Assembly: GCA_963814585.1 (NCBI GenBank)
Contig: CAWFDF010000014.1
Span: forward strand, 224,001-288,000
DNA length: 64,000 nucleotides
From: an uncultured delta proteobacterium
GTDB taxonomy: Bacteria > Myxococcota > Myxococcia > Myxococcales > Anaeromyxobacteraceae
Direction of reading: 5' to 3'
This document shows positions 11,101-21,592 of this stretch, piece after piece. The number at the start of each line of letters is the position of its first letter. Position 1 is the stretch's first letter. A program made the position numbers and the translations under genes. The notes below the pieces were generated by a model. That model saw nothing but the letters and a program-made list of their open reading frames with translations, was not told the DNA's origin and made no database searches.

Positions 11101-11829
11101 CAGCGAGGAGTGGAGGAGACCCGGGTAGTAGACGCCCACCCTGGCATCGGCGTGGCAGGCCGAGCAGGCCAGGCCCGCCATGTTGACGGCGGTGGAGGCG
11201 TGGTCCATCGCCATGGGAAGGAGCTCGAGCTGCGGTGAGAGCGCGGCGACGGAGGTGCCGGAGTAGCGCGCCACCAGCCCGGTCACGGCGACGGCCGCGG
11301 CCGGATCCGAGACCAGCCCGACCGGCACCTTGACGTCGAGCCAGGTGGCGGGGGTGTGGCAGCGGCTGCAGTCCTGGGCGAGGCTGGTGGCGGGGTCGGT
11401 GGGGATGACCAGGTGGGTGACGCCGGCGACGGGCAGCGCCGCGTAGAAGGCGCCGGCGTCGTGGCAGCTGGCGCAGGTGGTCACGCCCAGGTGGTCGTAC
11501 GGGTGCGTGGTCGGGTCCCGGTGGCATTCCAGGCAGGACGGGTTGTCGTAGGCATAGCCGGTGGTGGTGGTGTGGACGGCCGCGGTGGGAGGCTGGACGT
11601 GGCAGCCCAGGCAGTCGAACTGCTTGAAGGAGTCGAAGGTCCCGTGGCAGGCAGCGCAGTCCACCGCGTGGACCCCGGTGGCGATGGGGAAGGCGCGGTG
11701 GGTCAACGGCGTGAGGGCCGTGTACGCGTAGGTCCCGGGGCTCTCGGGCGTCTTCCCGCAGGCCGTGAGCGAGGCCACCGCCAGCAGCGCGGCCAGCGCC
11801 TGGGGTCGGGAAGTGAAGGACGTGGTCAT
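8122..11829 (-). CDS. Giant multiheme c-type cytochrome lipoprotein (29 CXXCH, ~1235 aa)
   Basis: 29 CXXCH motifs counted by hand; lipobox-like 'SLTAC' after a hydrophobic stretch from ATG 11829. Confidence 0.92.
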   Translation of the reverse strand: MTTSFTSRPQALAALLAVASLTACGKTPESPGTYAYTALTPLTHRAFPIATGVHAVDCAACHGTFDSFKQFDCLGCHVQPPTAAVHTTTTGYAYDNPSCLECHRDPTTHPYDHLGVTTCASCHDAGAFYAALPVAGVTHLVIPTDPATSLAQDCSRCHTPATWLDVKVPVGLVSDPAAAVAVTGLVARYSGTSVAALSPQLELLPMAMDHASTAVNMAGLACSACHADARVGVYYPGLLHSSLANLAQPAPLTCGGCHAGSAPAGLVGPVTDTPPRTPPSGGMKHDAVAWSAGGAPTTARLVTADCGACHLSPTENLAATWATGRAGTSPARYHASLTAATLSQPGSCLDCHANSRPAGILSAATAALQAGLTFDHGSAEASGDCAACHDASSPAWSGGRFHRAGSSDPATCLPCHDGQRPTSTAGWTSTSYVTAPFDYGTNSAGITHGDGQDCATCHAGPGAGGTWGGRQSFVGGAFTHGPATVASATCIACHMSQRPDLAVAGGAAHVASLLPGQFDHSVQPGDCIGCHQATVAAGSYASYFGPGGAFPGGDWKGGAAYPGATLVSAPLQFVTVTEISLVRAAAGGLVTGMTSVQDTLYNAMLHTSARVPVEVSPGPAGAPDQASCRHCHTHDPAGAVTTFADGRFHAALSGYTASVGGAVTPLPQPTSGCADCHAQMRPAGIVEPAGSNLQPMDHAALFTGTVTIDGQAVSGVAGLDCSTCHRSPGTTWRDGVFHARIGSASPADCVVCHYPLMADGARADLTSGTRYAMSHRSRQLNSQACATCHAAALAGSTATPYLATAWRTGDYHASVASQPTACLDCHAVSEPAPSRSTQSSWTYPLTAGGTGSNAGQWMNHGAAPVAGVDCSTCHGADARSSGSAWSKATQFHPAVAKPGTCQTCHGLANGGGTVAGTNNNLPAGLTSTLTLTTASANALTGVPAGTRDQITHADANVTGHDCGFCHTQAGRSTVAGIQGAEWAQARFHASFTAATPLLLDGTTGRCSNCHMNVKPGAGYTAQDHGPFTSAAGTQDCSACHSWPGTGTASAPNWLGASNFPPFIAVGGFAIPLPPATTATMQAGIANLPHPALGSGTTCATCHAGGVGGRQARGYDHASALINSACTACHEAGSNLVGTVWNGATAQASGAGNTRPFTLTSLVAHKGGPGGDSCNLTVARHFYPVQCGQCHVPPTGIAAATSGTAYTKAWYFPHTRSRMTNPATCNLCHVGQNCKK

Positions 11830-11936
11830 CTCGGCACCCGGGGTGGCAGGCGACCAGACCGCGGCGGGGATGCCGTTGAACCCCGGAGCGAGCCTGTACC
11901 TTGATGAAGTGACACTATCCTGTCGCAGGTCAGCTT

Positions 11937-11975
11937 GCACATCTAACTGACTGATTACATTGTAGTTTTATGTGC
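11937..11975 (-). promoter_or_regulatory. AT-rich regulatory region: IHF-like site and imperfect inverted repeat
   Basis: Minus strand AATCAGTCAGTTA (11956-11944) matches WATCAR-N4-TTR with an upstream A-tract; arms GCACATCTAACT / AGTTTTATGTGC pair 10/12 with a 15-bp spacer. Confidence 0.5.
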
Positions 11976-12103
11976 GCAGCCAGGGATTCCGTGGACTTGC
12001 GTAAGGCCTGGGGCCGTCGCGAAGCCACCTTCCGCCCCTTCCCTGGGGCAGCGAATGGCTCAACCCGTCGAGGGGGCCTGGAGGCGCCGGCCAGGGGCCG
12101 ATT

Positions 12104-12188
12104 CGCCGGGCTCCTCGGCGCGCCGGGCTCCTCAGCTTGCCGATCTCCTCAGCTCGCCGGGCTCCTCAGCTCGCCGGGCTCCTCAGCG
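12104..12188. repeat. Tandem repeat, 5 x 17 bp (CGCCGGGCTCCTCAGCT)
   Basis: Units start at 12104, 12121, 12138, 12155, 12172; overlaps the stop of the ABC-F gene. Confidence 0.9.
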
Positions 12189-14190
12189 CCTCCAGCTCCT
12201 GCCACCGCGCGTACAGCCGCTCCACCACGGCACTCGCCTCCTCCAGCTCGGCCCGCAGCGCGGCCACCGCCGCGCCACCCTGCTGGTAGGTGGCCGGGTC
12301 GGCCAGCGCCCCCTCGGCCGCGCCCTTCCGGTGCTCGGCCGCCAGGATGGCGGCCTCCATCCCTTCGAGCTCACGCTGCTCCTTGAAGCCGAGCCGCGCC
12401 ACCTTGCGGGGCCTGCCGGCGTCCTGCGGCCTCGGGCCATTCGAGGCGGGGCCCCCGCCACGCGCCGGCCGCGAGAGCTCGACCACCGCCTCGGCCGCCG
12501 CCCGCTCGGCCTGCTCCTTCAGCCGCCGGTACATGGCGTAGTTGCCCGCGTACCTCACCGCCTTCCCGCCGCCCTCGAAGGCCAGGATCGACGTGGCCAC
12601 CTTGTCGAGGAAGTACCGGTCGTGGGTCACCAGCAGCACGCTGCCGTCGAAGTCGAGCAGCAGCCGCTCCAGCACGTTGAGGGTGACCAGATCGAGGTCG
12701 TTGGTCGGCTCGTCCAGCACCAGCACGTTGGCCCCTTCCAGGAACAGCCGCGCCAGCAGGAGCCGGTTGCGCTCGCCGCCGGAGAGCGCCTTCACCTTCA
12801 TCTGCTGCGTCGATGGCGGGAAGAGCAGGTCGGCGAGGTAATCCCGTAGCGCCACCTTCCTGCCCGACAGGTCGATGAAGTCCTCGCCCATCGAGGCGCT
12901 TCGGCGCGGCGCGGCCCCATCCGCGCCCCGCCCCCCTGGGGGGCGCCAGCCCGAGGCGCCGCCGCCGGCCGCCTCGTAGACCGTCTGCTCGCCGTCCAGC
13001 GAGGCCCGCTGCTGGTCGTAGTAGGCGACCCGGGTCCGCTTCCCGGTCACCACCACGCCCTCGTCGGGAGGCTCCTCGCCCAGCACCACCCTGAGGAAGG
13101 TGGTCTTGCCCACGCCGTTCGGCCCCACCAGCCCCACCCGCTCGCCCGCCTGGAGCCGGAAGTCGATCCCGTCGAGCACGGTGTTGGACCCGTACCGCTT
13201 CACCAGCCCCTCGGCCTCGATCACCACCGCCGAGAGCCGGGGCGGCGGCGCCACCTGGAACTCGGCCACCTGGGGGCGGACGTGCCCCTGCTCGGCCATG
13301 AGGCGCCGGGCCCGCTCGATGCGCGACTTCGACTTGGTTCGCCGGGCCTCGGGCCCGCGCCGCAGCCAGGCCACCTCCTGCTCGATCCAGCGATCCCGCT
13401 TGTGCTGGGCCAGGCCGGCCTGCTCCTCCGCCTCCAGCTTCTGCTCGAGGTAGGTCTCGTAGTTGCCCGGGAAGGACCTCACGCCCCCGCCCGGGACGAT
13501 CTCGACGATGCGGTCGACCAGGTCGTCGAGGAAGTACCGGTCGTGCGTCACCAGCAGGAGCGCGCCCGCATGCTGGTCGAGCTCGTCCTCCAGCCAGTCG
13601 ACGGTGTCGGCGTCCAGGTGGTTGGTCGGCTCGTCGAGCAGGAGCAGATCGGCGCGGGACAGCAGCGCCCGGGCCAGCGCCACCCGCTTGCGGGTGCCGC
13701 CGGAGAGGTCGGCCACCGGCTGATCCCACGCCTTCACGCCCAGGCGGTCGAGCAGCCGTCGCGCCTCGTGCGCCGTGTCCCAGCCACCCAGGTGCTCCAC
13801 CCGATCCGACAGGGCCGCCAGGTCGCCCATGAGCCTCGGGTGCAGCGCCTCGTCGTGCGGTCCGGCCAGCCGCTCGGCCAGCGCCGCGTGGGCGTCGATG
13901 GCCGCCTTGAGCGGCGCGCGCGCCACCTCCAGCTCGGAGGCGACGGTGGCGCCTGGCGCGAACTCGGGCTCCTGCGGCAGGTAGGTGACGGTGGCGCCGC
14001 GCCTCAGCTGCAGCTCACCACGATCAGGCTCGGTGGCGCGGGCCAGCAGCTTCATGAGCGACGACTTGCCCGAGCCGTTGACGCCGACCAGCCCGACCCG
14101 CTCCCCCTCCTCGATGGTCATGGTGAGGCCGTCGAAGACGGTGCGGCTGCCGAAGGTGAGCCGGAGCCCGGCGGCGTGGAGGAGCGTCAC
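12166..14190 (-). CDS. uup: ABC-F family ATPase (Uup-like)
   Basis: Two ABC domains (GVNGSGKS, GPNGVGKT, two LSGG, DEPTNHLD/DEPTNDLD), no TM, C-terminal coiled coil 'YARWQELE'. Confidence 0.9.
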   Translation of the reverse strand: MTLLHAAGLRLTFGSRTVFDGLTMTIEEGERVGLVGVNGSGKSSLMKLLARATEPDRGELQLRRGATVTYLPQEPEFAPGATVASELEVARAPLKAAIDAHAALAERLAGPHDEALHPRLMGDLAALSDRVEHLGGWDTAHEARRLLDRLGVKAWDQPVADLSGGTRKRVALARALLSRADLLLLDEPTNHLDADTVDWLEDELDQHAGALLLVTHDRYFLDDLVDRIVEIVPGGGVRSFPGNYETYLEQKLEAEEQAGLAQHKRDRWIEQEVAWLRRGPEARRTKSKSRIERARRLMAEQGHVRPQVAEFQVAPPPRLSAVVIEAEGLVKRYGSNTVLDGIDFRLQAGERVGLVGPNGVGKTTFLRVVLGEEPPDEGVVVTGKRTRVAYYDQQRASLDGEQTVYEAAGGGASGWRPPGGRGADGAAPRRSASMGEDFIDLSGRKVALRDYLADLLFPPSTQQMKVKALSGGERNRLLLARLFLEGANVLVLDEPTNDLDLVTLNVLERLLLDFDGSVLLVTHDRYFLDKVATSILAFEGGGKAVRYAGNYAMYRRLKEQAERAAAEAVVELSRPARGGGPASNGPRPQDAGRPRKVARLGFKEQRELEGMEAAILAAEHRKGAAEGALADPATYQQGGAAVAALRAELEEASAVVERLYARWQELEALRSPAS

Positions 14191-14332
14191 GGGGGCCCTC
14201 CGTGGGCCAGTCCGCGCAACCCGTCGAGCGACGGCATGGCCCGGCGCCGGGCCCCGGCGATGCAGGCTTCGTCGCGGGACGCCAGGACTTCGAACGGCAC
14301 GGCGGCGTGGCGGTCGAGCGGCGGCGGGACCG

Positions 14333-14545
14333 CTAGGCGGCGGTCCCGGCCCGCCCCAGTGCCTCGGCCTTGTCGAGCGAGCGGAGGATCTCCGGGCTCG
14401 GCTCGCGAGAGCGATCCCCCTTCTTCACCAGCCGGTGCACCATCGAGACCGCCTGGGCCAGGTCGCGGTTGCTGTTGCCTCCGCGGGTCAGCACGGTGTC
14501 GAGGGTGCGGAGCCGATCCTTCACCTGCTTGTAGGTGTCGTTCAC
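14333..14545 (-). CDS. Small hypothetical protein (70 aa)
   Basis: AGGAG 8 nt upstream of GTG; GC3-rich codons; charged, helical-looking composition; fills an intergenic gap. Confidence 0.55.
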   Translation of the reverse strand: MNDTYKQVKDRLRTLDTVLTRGGNSNRDLAQAVSMVHRLVKKGDRSREPSPEILRSLDKAEALGRAGTAA

Positions 14546-14717
14546 GGTGGGCGCTCCTGGTTCGGGTGGATGGAGAGCAGCATTCCGTGGGGGCGATGCT
14601 CCTGGGGAAGGTGTACCCCGGAGGGGGCCGGAACGCCTAGACCCGGTCGAAGATGGCGCCCCATGCCCCCCGGACGGGCCACGCCCCTCCGGGCGACCCG
14701 CGCGGCGCCGCGACGGC

Positions 14718-15995
14718 TCACGGGCGCCCGAGCGCCACCAGCAGCTGGGCTCGCGCCGTGGAGAGCTCGTACTGGGCCCCCACCTTCTGCGCCGAGGTCA
14801 GCGTCACCTGGAGCTGGGCGTCCGACTGCTCCAGCGCGTTGCCCGAGCCGGCGAAGTAGCGCCCCTCGGCGAGCCGCAGCCGCTCCCGCGCGCTGGTGAC
14901 GGCCTCATCGGTGGCCACCAGCCTGGCCCGCGCCGAGGCCACGGCGAAGCGCGCCTGCTCCAGGTCGAGCCGGACCTGGAGCCGGAGCGAGGCCAGCTGC
15001 GCCCGCACCGACTCCACTCCGGCCTCGGCCTCGCGCACCAGCGAGCGGGTCATCCCGCCCTCGAAGAGGTTCCAGCTGAGCGAGGCGCCGGCGCTCCAGT
15101 TCCAGGTCGCCTCGGGGCCGCTCAGCCCCGGGCCGACGTCGCTCATCCCGGCCGAGACGCCCAGCGAGGGGAACCAACCGCCACGGGCCGCGGTCACGGT
15201 CGCCTCCTGCGCGCGCAGCTGGGCTTCCAGCGCCGCCACCTCGGGCCGCGCCTGGAGCGCCTCCTCCACGAGCTGCTCGAGGGAGGCGTCCTCCCCGGCC
15301 ACGGCCGGGAGCTGGTCGTCGGCCACGTCGAACTCGGTGGTGGCCTCGATGCCCATGGCCTGGTTGAGCTGGGCCTTGGCGGTCTGGTAGTTGGCCACCG
15401 CGCCGATGCGCGTGACCTCGGCGTTGGCCCGATCGGTGCGAGCCTGGGCGAGGTCGATCTCCGGACGCGTTCCGACCGAGACGAATCCCTGCACCTGGTC
15501 CAGGTGGGCCTGCTGGTTGGCCAGCGTCTCCTCGGCCACCGTCACCAGGTCCTTGCGAGCCCGCGCCGCGAAGAACGCCGTCCGCACGTTGAGCAGGACC
15601 TGCGCCGTGGTGGCCCGCTCGCTGGCCTGCTGTGACGCCGCCAGGGCGCTGGCCGACTGGTACCGCCCCAGCGTGGTCCCGAAGTCCCAGACCACCATCG
15701 ACGCGGTGGCCGAGGCGGTCCAGCGACCGGTCGAGTCCCAGCTCTCGGGGGTGGCCGGGGCCCCCGCCGCGCCCGGCAGGTTGCTGGAGAAGCGCAGGTA
15801 ACCCAGGCCGGCGTCGAGCCGCGGCATGAAGCCGGCCAGGGCCTCCCCGCGACGAGCCTCGGCCACGGCCGTGGCGGCGCGGGCCTGGCGCAGGGCGGGC
15901 TGACCCTGCCTCGCCAGCCTGACCGCCTCGTCGAGCGCGAGGATCGGCCCCGGGCCGGCGGCGAGCAGGAGGACGGCGGCGAGCGCGGCGGTCAT
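14718..15995 (-). CDS. TolC family outer membrane efflux protein
   Basis: Signal peptide, two OEP-like helical repeats, last gene of a MacAB-type operon. Confidence 0.88.
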   Translation of the reverse strand: MTAALAAVLLLAAGPGPILALDEAVRLARQGQPALRQARAATAVAEARRGEALAGFMPRLDAGLGYLRFSSNLPGAAGAPATPESWDSTGRWTASATASMVVWDFGTTLGRYQSASALAASQQASERATTAQVLLNVRTAFFAARARKDLVTVAEETLANQQAHLDQVQGFVSVGTRPEIDLAQARTDRANAEVTRIGAVANYQTAKAQLNQAMGIEATTEFDVADDQLPAVAGEDASLEQLVEEALQARPEVAALEAQLRAQEATVTAARGGWFPSLGVSAGMSDVGPGLSGPEATWNWSAGASLSWNLFEGGMTRSLVREAEAGVESVRAQLASLRLQVRLDLEQARFAVASARARLVATDEAVTSARERLRLAEGRYFAGSGNALEQSDAQLQVTLTSAQKVGAQYELSTARAQLLVALGRP

Positions 15996-17217
15996 TCGAA
16001 CCTCAGGGCCGTGATGGGGTCGAGACGCGAGGCCTTGAGGGCCGGGTAGAACCCGAAGCCGACGCCCACCAGGCCGGAGAAGCCGACGGCGATGAGGATC
16101 ACGTCGGGCCTGATGAGCATCGACCAGCCGAAGGCGCTGGCCAGCCAGCCGGCGATGCCGAGGCCGGCGGCCACGCCGATGAGGCCACCGCTCATCGAGA
16201 GGGCGAGCGCCTCGACCAGGAACTGGAGCTGGATGTCCCGGGCCCGGGCCCCCACCGCCATGCGGACGCCGATCTCCCGCGTCCGCTCCGTGACCGAGAC
16301 CAGCATGATGTTCATGATGCCAATGCCGCCCACGAGCAGTGAGACGGCGGCGATGGCCATGAGCAGCGTGGTGAGGGTCTTGGTCCCCTCCTGCTGGGCG
16401 CTGGCGATCTCGGAGGGGTTGCGGATCTGGAAGTCGTCGTCGGCGTTGAGCGAGAGCCGGTGGCGGTCGCGCAGCAGGCCGCGCACCTGCTGCTGGGCCC
16501 GGGCGTTGCCGTCCTCGCCCCGGCTGCTGACCACGATCTGCCCGGCGATGAAGTTCTTCAGGCCGCCGGAGATCTTCTGCTGGAAGGTGGTGACCGGCAC
16601 CAGCACCACGTCGTCGAAGTCATGCCCGAAGGGCGACTGCCCCTTCCTGGCGAGCACCCCCACCACCATGAACGGGATGTTCTTGACCCGGACCACCTGG
16701 CCGACCGGGTTGGCGTTCGGGCCGTAGAGCTTGTCCACCACCGTCTGGCCCAGGACCGCCACCTTCATGCCGCCGTCCACGTCGGTCTGGGTGAACTCGG
16801 CCCCCAGCGCCACCGGCCAGCTGCGCACCCGCAGGAAGTCGGGCGTGGTCCCCTGGATGGAGGTGTTCCAGTTGGCGTCCTCGGACATCACCTGCGAGCT
16901 GGCGCGGAGCACGGGCGCGGCCTCCCGGACCGCCGAGAGCTCGTTCTGGATGGCCTTCAGGTCGTCCCAGGTCAGCGAGGGGAGCGTGCCGGCGCCGCCC
17001 ATGGCCCCGCCGCCCTGGGAGGAGCCGTTGAGGACGATGAGCATGTTGGAGCCGATGGAGGCGAAGGTCTGCTCGACCCGGGCCTTGGCCCCGTCCCCGA
17101 TGGCCACCATGGCGATGACCGCGGCCACGCCGATGACCACGCCCAGCCCGGTGAGGACGGAGCGCAGCTTGTTCCGCCCCAGGGCGCGCAGCGCCACCCG
17201 CAGCGTCATCAGCCAGT

Positions 17218-17221
<4 letters not shown>
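15992..17221 (-). CDS. macB: MacB-type ABC permease
   Basis: 'RNKLRSVLTGLGVVIGV', 'VGGIGIMNIMLVSVTERTREIGVRMAVGA', 'ASRLDPITALRFE'. Confidence 0.93.
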
Positions 17222-17949
<728 letters not shown>

Positions 17950-17958
17950 GGGCGGCTC

Positions 17959-19239
17959 CTAGAAGGGCCGGCGCATGGCGGCGGCGAACCCGGACGGCGG
18001 GCCGGCGGCGTCCATGACCACCTCGGTGCCGGCCTCCACCTCGCCCTCCACCACCTCGGTGAAGCTCCCGTCGGAGATGCCGGTGCGGACCCGCACCGGC
18101 GCCGGCTGGCCTTCCTTCAGCACCCAGATGGTGCGGCGATCCAGCGCCTCGGGCCCCCGCGCCGCGGGACGGCCACCGGCGCCGCCGGCACCGCCCGCCC
18201 CACCCTCCGCCCGGGCCACCGGGCCGCCGGCGCGCGGCCCGGTGCCCCCGGCCGGGGCCGTCTCGGCCAGCAGCCCCGCCGGCGGCTTGAAGCGGAGCGC
18301 CGCGTTGGGGACCTTCAGCACGTCACCCTTCTCGGCGTAGATGAAGGTGACGTTGGCGGTCATCCCCGGCTTGAGCTTCAGGTCGGGGTTGGCCACGTCG
18401 ATGACGGCGTCGTAGGTGACCACGTTCTGCACGGTCTGTGGCGCGTTCCGGACCTGGCGGACCTTCCCCTTGAAGATCTCCGCCGGGTAGGCGTCCACGG
18501 TGAAGGTGGCGTCCATCCCGGCGCGGAGCCGCCCCACGTCGGCCTCGGCCACGCTGGTGTCCACCTGCATCTGGGCGAGGTCCTCGGCGATGACGAAGAG
18601 GGTCGGCGCCTGCAGCGACGCCGCCACGGTCTGCCCCACGTCGACGTTGCGGGAGATGACCACGCCGTTGGTCGGCGAGCGGATGTCGGTGTAGGCCAGG
18701 TTCACCTCGGCCGAGTGGAGCGCCGCCCGGGTCTGGGCGACCTGCCCCTCGGCGGCCTGCACGCCCGCCGCCAGGGCGTCGGCGTTGGAGACGGCGGTGT
18801 CGGCGTCGGCCTGGGCGATGAGCTTCTTGGCCGCCAGCGCCAGCGCCCGATCGGCCTGGCGCTGGGCGTCGACCGCCTGGGCCCTGGCCTTGGCCAGGTT
18901 GCCCTGGGCCGCCACCAGGTTGGCCCGCTGCTGCTCCACGGTGGCCTGGAAGAGCTGCGGGTCGATCTTGGCGATGAGCTGCCCCTTCTTGACCTGCGAG
19001 TTGAAGTCGGCGTGCAGCTCGGCGATCCGGCCCGAGACCTGGCTGCCGACCTGCACGGTGACGATGGCCGAGAGGGTGCCGCTGGCCGTCACCTTGGCGA
19101 CGATCCGGCCGCGCTCCAGCCGGGTGGTCTCCATCTGCGTCTTGGGCTTCTTGCTCCCCGCGTTCCAGCGCCAGATCCCCATGGCGGCGACGAGCACCGC
19201 GGCGGCGGCGACGAGGGCGTAACGCAGGCGCTTCGACAT
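17959..19239 (-). CDS. macA: MacA-like periplasmic adaptor subunit
   Basis: 'VQVGSQVSGRI', 'VDVGQTVAASLQAPTLF', 'LKPGMTANV'. Confidence 0.9.
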   Translation of the reverse strand: MSKRLRYALVAAAAVLVAAMGIWRWNAGSKKPKTQMETTRLERGRIVAKVTASGTLSAIVTVQVGSQVSGRIAELHADFNSQVKKGQLIAKIDPQLFQATVEQQRANLVAAQGNLAKARAQAVDAQRQADRALALAAKKLIAQADADTAVSNADALAAGVQAAEGQVAQTRAALHSAEVNLAYTDIRSPTNGVVISRNVDVGQTVAASLQAPTLFVIAEDLAQMQVDTSVAEADVGRLRAGMDATFTVDAYPAEIFKGKVRQVRNAPQTVQNVVTYDAVIDVANPDLKLKPGMTANVTFIYAEKGDVLKVPNAALRFKPPAGLLAETAPAGGTGPRAGGPVARAEGGAGGAGGAGGRPAARGPEALDRRTIWVLKEGQPAPVRVRTGISDGSFTEVVEGEVEAGTEVVMDAAGPPSGFAAAMRRPF

Positions 19240-19342
19240 GGGTGATCTCCGGCGGGCTGGACGTGCGCCGGCTTCATAACACCCGGCCGGGGGATAAGTG
19301 TTCCCCTTCGGCTCGTGCCGCGCCCCAGGAAGGGGCGCGGCC

Positions 19343-20965
19343 CTACACCCCGAGCTTCTTGAAGAAGTCGGTCCCCTTGTCGTCGACCAGGATGAAGGCC
19401 GGGAAGTTCACCACCTCGATCTTCCAGACGGCCTCCATGCCCAGCTCGGCGAAGTCGAGGACCTCCACCTTCTTGATGTTCTCCTCGGCCAGCACCGCCG
19501 CCGGGCCGCCGATGGAGCCGAGGTAGAACCCGCCGTGCTTCTTGCAGGCGTCGGTGACCTGCTGCGACCGGTTGCCCTTGGCGATCATCACCATCGAGGC
19601 GCCGTGCGACTGCAGCAGCTCGACGTAGGAGTCCATGCGGCCGGCGGTGGTCGGGCCGAAGGAGCCCGAGGGCTTGCCGGGCGGCGTCTTGGCCGGGCCG
19701 GCGTAGTAGACCGGGTGGTCCTTCAGGTACTGCGGCACGCCCTTGCCGGCGTCGATCAGCTCCTTGAACTTGGCGTGGGCGATGTCGCGGGCCACCACCA
19801 GCGTGCCGTTGAGGAGCAGCGGCGTCGAGACCGGGTGCCTGGTCAGCTCGGCCAGGATCTCCTTCATGGGCCGGTTGAGGTCGATCGCGACGCCGTGCCC
19901 GTGCTGGCCGGTCTTGTAGGCGGCCGGGATGAGGCGACCCGGGTCGTGGTCCAGGTCCTCCAGCCAGACGCCGTCCTTGTCGATCTTGGCCTTGATGTTC
20001 CGGTCGGCCGAGCAGGAGACGCCCATGCCCACCGGGCAGGAGGCGCCGTGGCGAGGCAGGCGGACCACCCGGACGTCATGGGCGAAGTACTTGCCGCCGA
20101 ACTGGGCGCCGATGCCGAGCTTGTTGGCGGCCTCCTGCAGCTTCTCCTCCAGCGCCACGTCGCGGAAGGCCTGGCCGGTGGCCCCGCCCTGGGTGGGCAG
20201 GCCGTCGTAGTACTTGGTCGAGGCCAGCTTCACCGTCTTCAGGCAGGCCTCGGCCGAGGTGCCGCCGATGGCGATGGCGATGTGGTAGGGCGGGCAGGCG
20301 GCGGTGCCGAGGTACTTCATCTTGTCGACCAGGAACTTCTCCAGCGTGGCCGGGTTGAGCAGCGCCTTGGTCTCCTGCCAGAGCATGGTCTTGTTGGCGG
20401 AGCCGCCGCCCTTGGCGACGAAGAGGAACTTGTACTCGGCGCCGGGCGTCGCGTAGAGATCGATCTGGGCCGGCAGGTTGTCGCCGGTGTTCTTCTCCTC
20501 GTACAGCGTCAGCGCGCTGGTCTGGGAGTAGCGCAGGTTGTTCTGCTGGTAGGTCTCCCAGATCCCCTGGCTGATGAACTCCTCGTCCTTGACGCCGGTC
20601 CAGACCCCCTGGCCCTTCTTCCCCATCACCGTGGCGGTGCCGGTGTCCTGGCAGATGGGCAGCTCGCCGCGAGCCGCGATCTCGGCGTTGCGCAGGAAGG
20701 CCAGCGCCACGCCCTTGTCGTTCTGCGAGGCCTCCGGGTCGGAGAGGATCTTGGCGACCTGCTCGTTGTGCGCCTTGCGCAGGAAGAACTGGCACTCGCG
20801 CATGGCCTCGCGGGCCACCGTGGTGAGCGCCGCCGGCGCCACCTTGAGGATCGGCTGCCCGTCGAAGGACGCGACCTGGACGCCCTCCTTGCTGATGAGC
20901 CGGTACGGGGTCTCGTCGTGCGCGAGCGGGAACGGATCGGCGTACTTGAACGCGGGCGTCGCCAT
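19343..20965 (-). CDS. fumA: Class I (Fe-S) fumarate hydratase
   Basis: 'PICQDTG', 'AKGGGSANK', 'GTAACPPYH', 'PRHGASCPV', 'GPTTAGRMD'; start at MATPAF with AGGAG RBS. Confidence 0.95.
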   Translation of the reverse strand: MATPAFKYADPFPLAHDETPYRLISKEGVQVASFDGQPILKVAPAALTTVAREAMRECQFFLRKAHNEQVAKILSDPEASQNDKGVALAFLRNAEIAARGELPICQDTGTATVMGKKGQGVWTGVKDEEFISQGIWETYQQNNLRYSQTSALTLYEEKNTGDNLPAQIDLYATPGAEYKFLFVAKGGGSANKTMLWQETKALLNPATLEKFLVDKMKYLGTAACPPYHIAIAIGGTSAEACLKTVKLASTKYYDGLPTQGGATGQAFRDVALEEKLQEAANKLGIGAQFGGKYFAHDVRVVRLPRHGASCPVGMGVSCSADRNIKAKIDKDGVWLEDLDHDPGRLIPAAYKTGQHGHGVAIDLNRPMKEILAELTRHPVSTPLLLNGTLVVARDIAHAKFKELIDAGKGVPQYLKDHPVYYAGPAKTPPGKPSGSFGPTTAGRMDSYVELLQSHGASMVMIAKGNRSQQVTDACKKHGGFYLGSIGGPAAVLAEENIKKVEVLDFAELGMEAVWKIEVVNFPAFILVDDKGTDFFKKLGV

Positions 20966-21209
20966 GGCGGGCGTCTCCTGTGGGGTGGAAGAGGTCCCGG
21001 CTGCAGCAGCGGGAGCGCGATGAAAGCACGCCGGCGCGCCATCCGTCCACGCATCCCTGCATCGAGAAACCGGAGTGCTCAGGTCCACGCTCCGGCGCCG
21101 TGGCCTGGCCTCCGCGCTCGTCGGCCGCGTCGAGCAGGACACCCTGCGGCGACGTGCCGCGCCCGGTGGACCAGCGCCCCGACCCAGGCAAGGTGCCTGG
21201 CGAAGGGAA

Positions 21210-21581
21210 CTAGGGCGGGGCCACCACGGCGTAGTAGGTCCCCTTGTCGCTCTGGACCGCCCTCAGCCAGTTCGGCCCGCACACGAAGTAGCTGATCCCG
21301 GACGACGCCACCTTGGTGCAGCCTGAGGGCAGGGTCCACATGGTGGTGTTGACCGGGAGCTTCTCGGTGAGGGCCGGCGGAGGCGCCGGGGCCGGGGCGA
21401 CGTAGACCGGCGCGGGCGCCACGTAGACAGGCGCCGGGGCCACGTAGACCGGCACCGGGGCCACGGCGACCACGGCCACGGGACGGTAGACCGGATGACG
21501 GACGACCACGACGGCGCTGGCGGCGCTCGGCGCGATGAGGGCGGCCAGGGCGAGTGCGGCGACCACGGGGCTGGTGCGCAT
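21210..21581 (-). CDS. Small secreted Pro/Val-rich protein (DUF6515-like)
   Basis: GGGAG RBS, signal peptide, three PVYVAPA repeats, C-terminal 'LPSGC...YFVCG...YAVVAPP'. Confidence 0.7.
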   Translation of the reverse strand: MRTSPVVAALALAALIAPSAASAVVVVRHPVYRPVAVVAVAPVPVYVAPAPVYVAPAPVYVAPAPAPPPALTEKLPVNTTMWTLPSGCTKVASSGISYFVCGPNWLRAVQSDKGTYYAVVAPP

Positions 21582-21592
21582 GTGCAGTCTCC

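Noticed and set aside
11901..11914. FNR box upstream of the 29-heme gene (TTGATGAAGTGACA)
   Set aside because: Only one half-site matches
12104..12188. Possible CRISPR array
   Set aside because: Head-to-tail 17-bp units with no spacers and no cas genes
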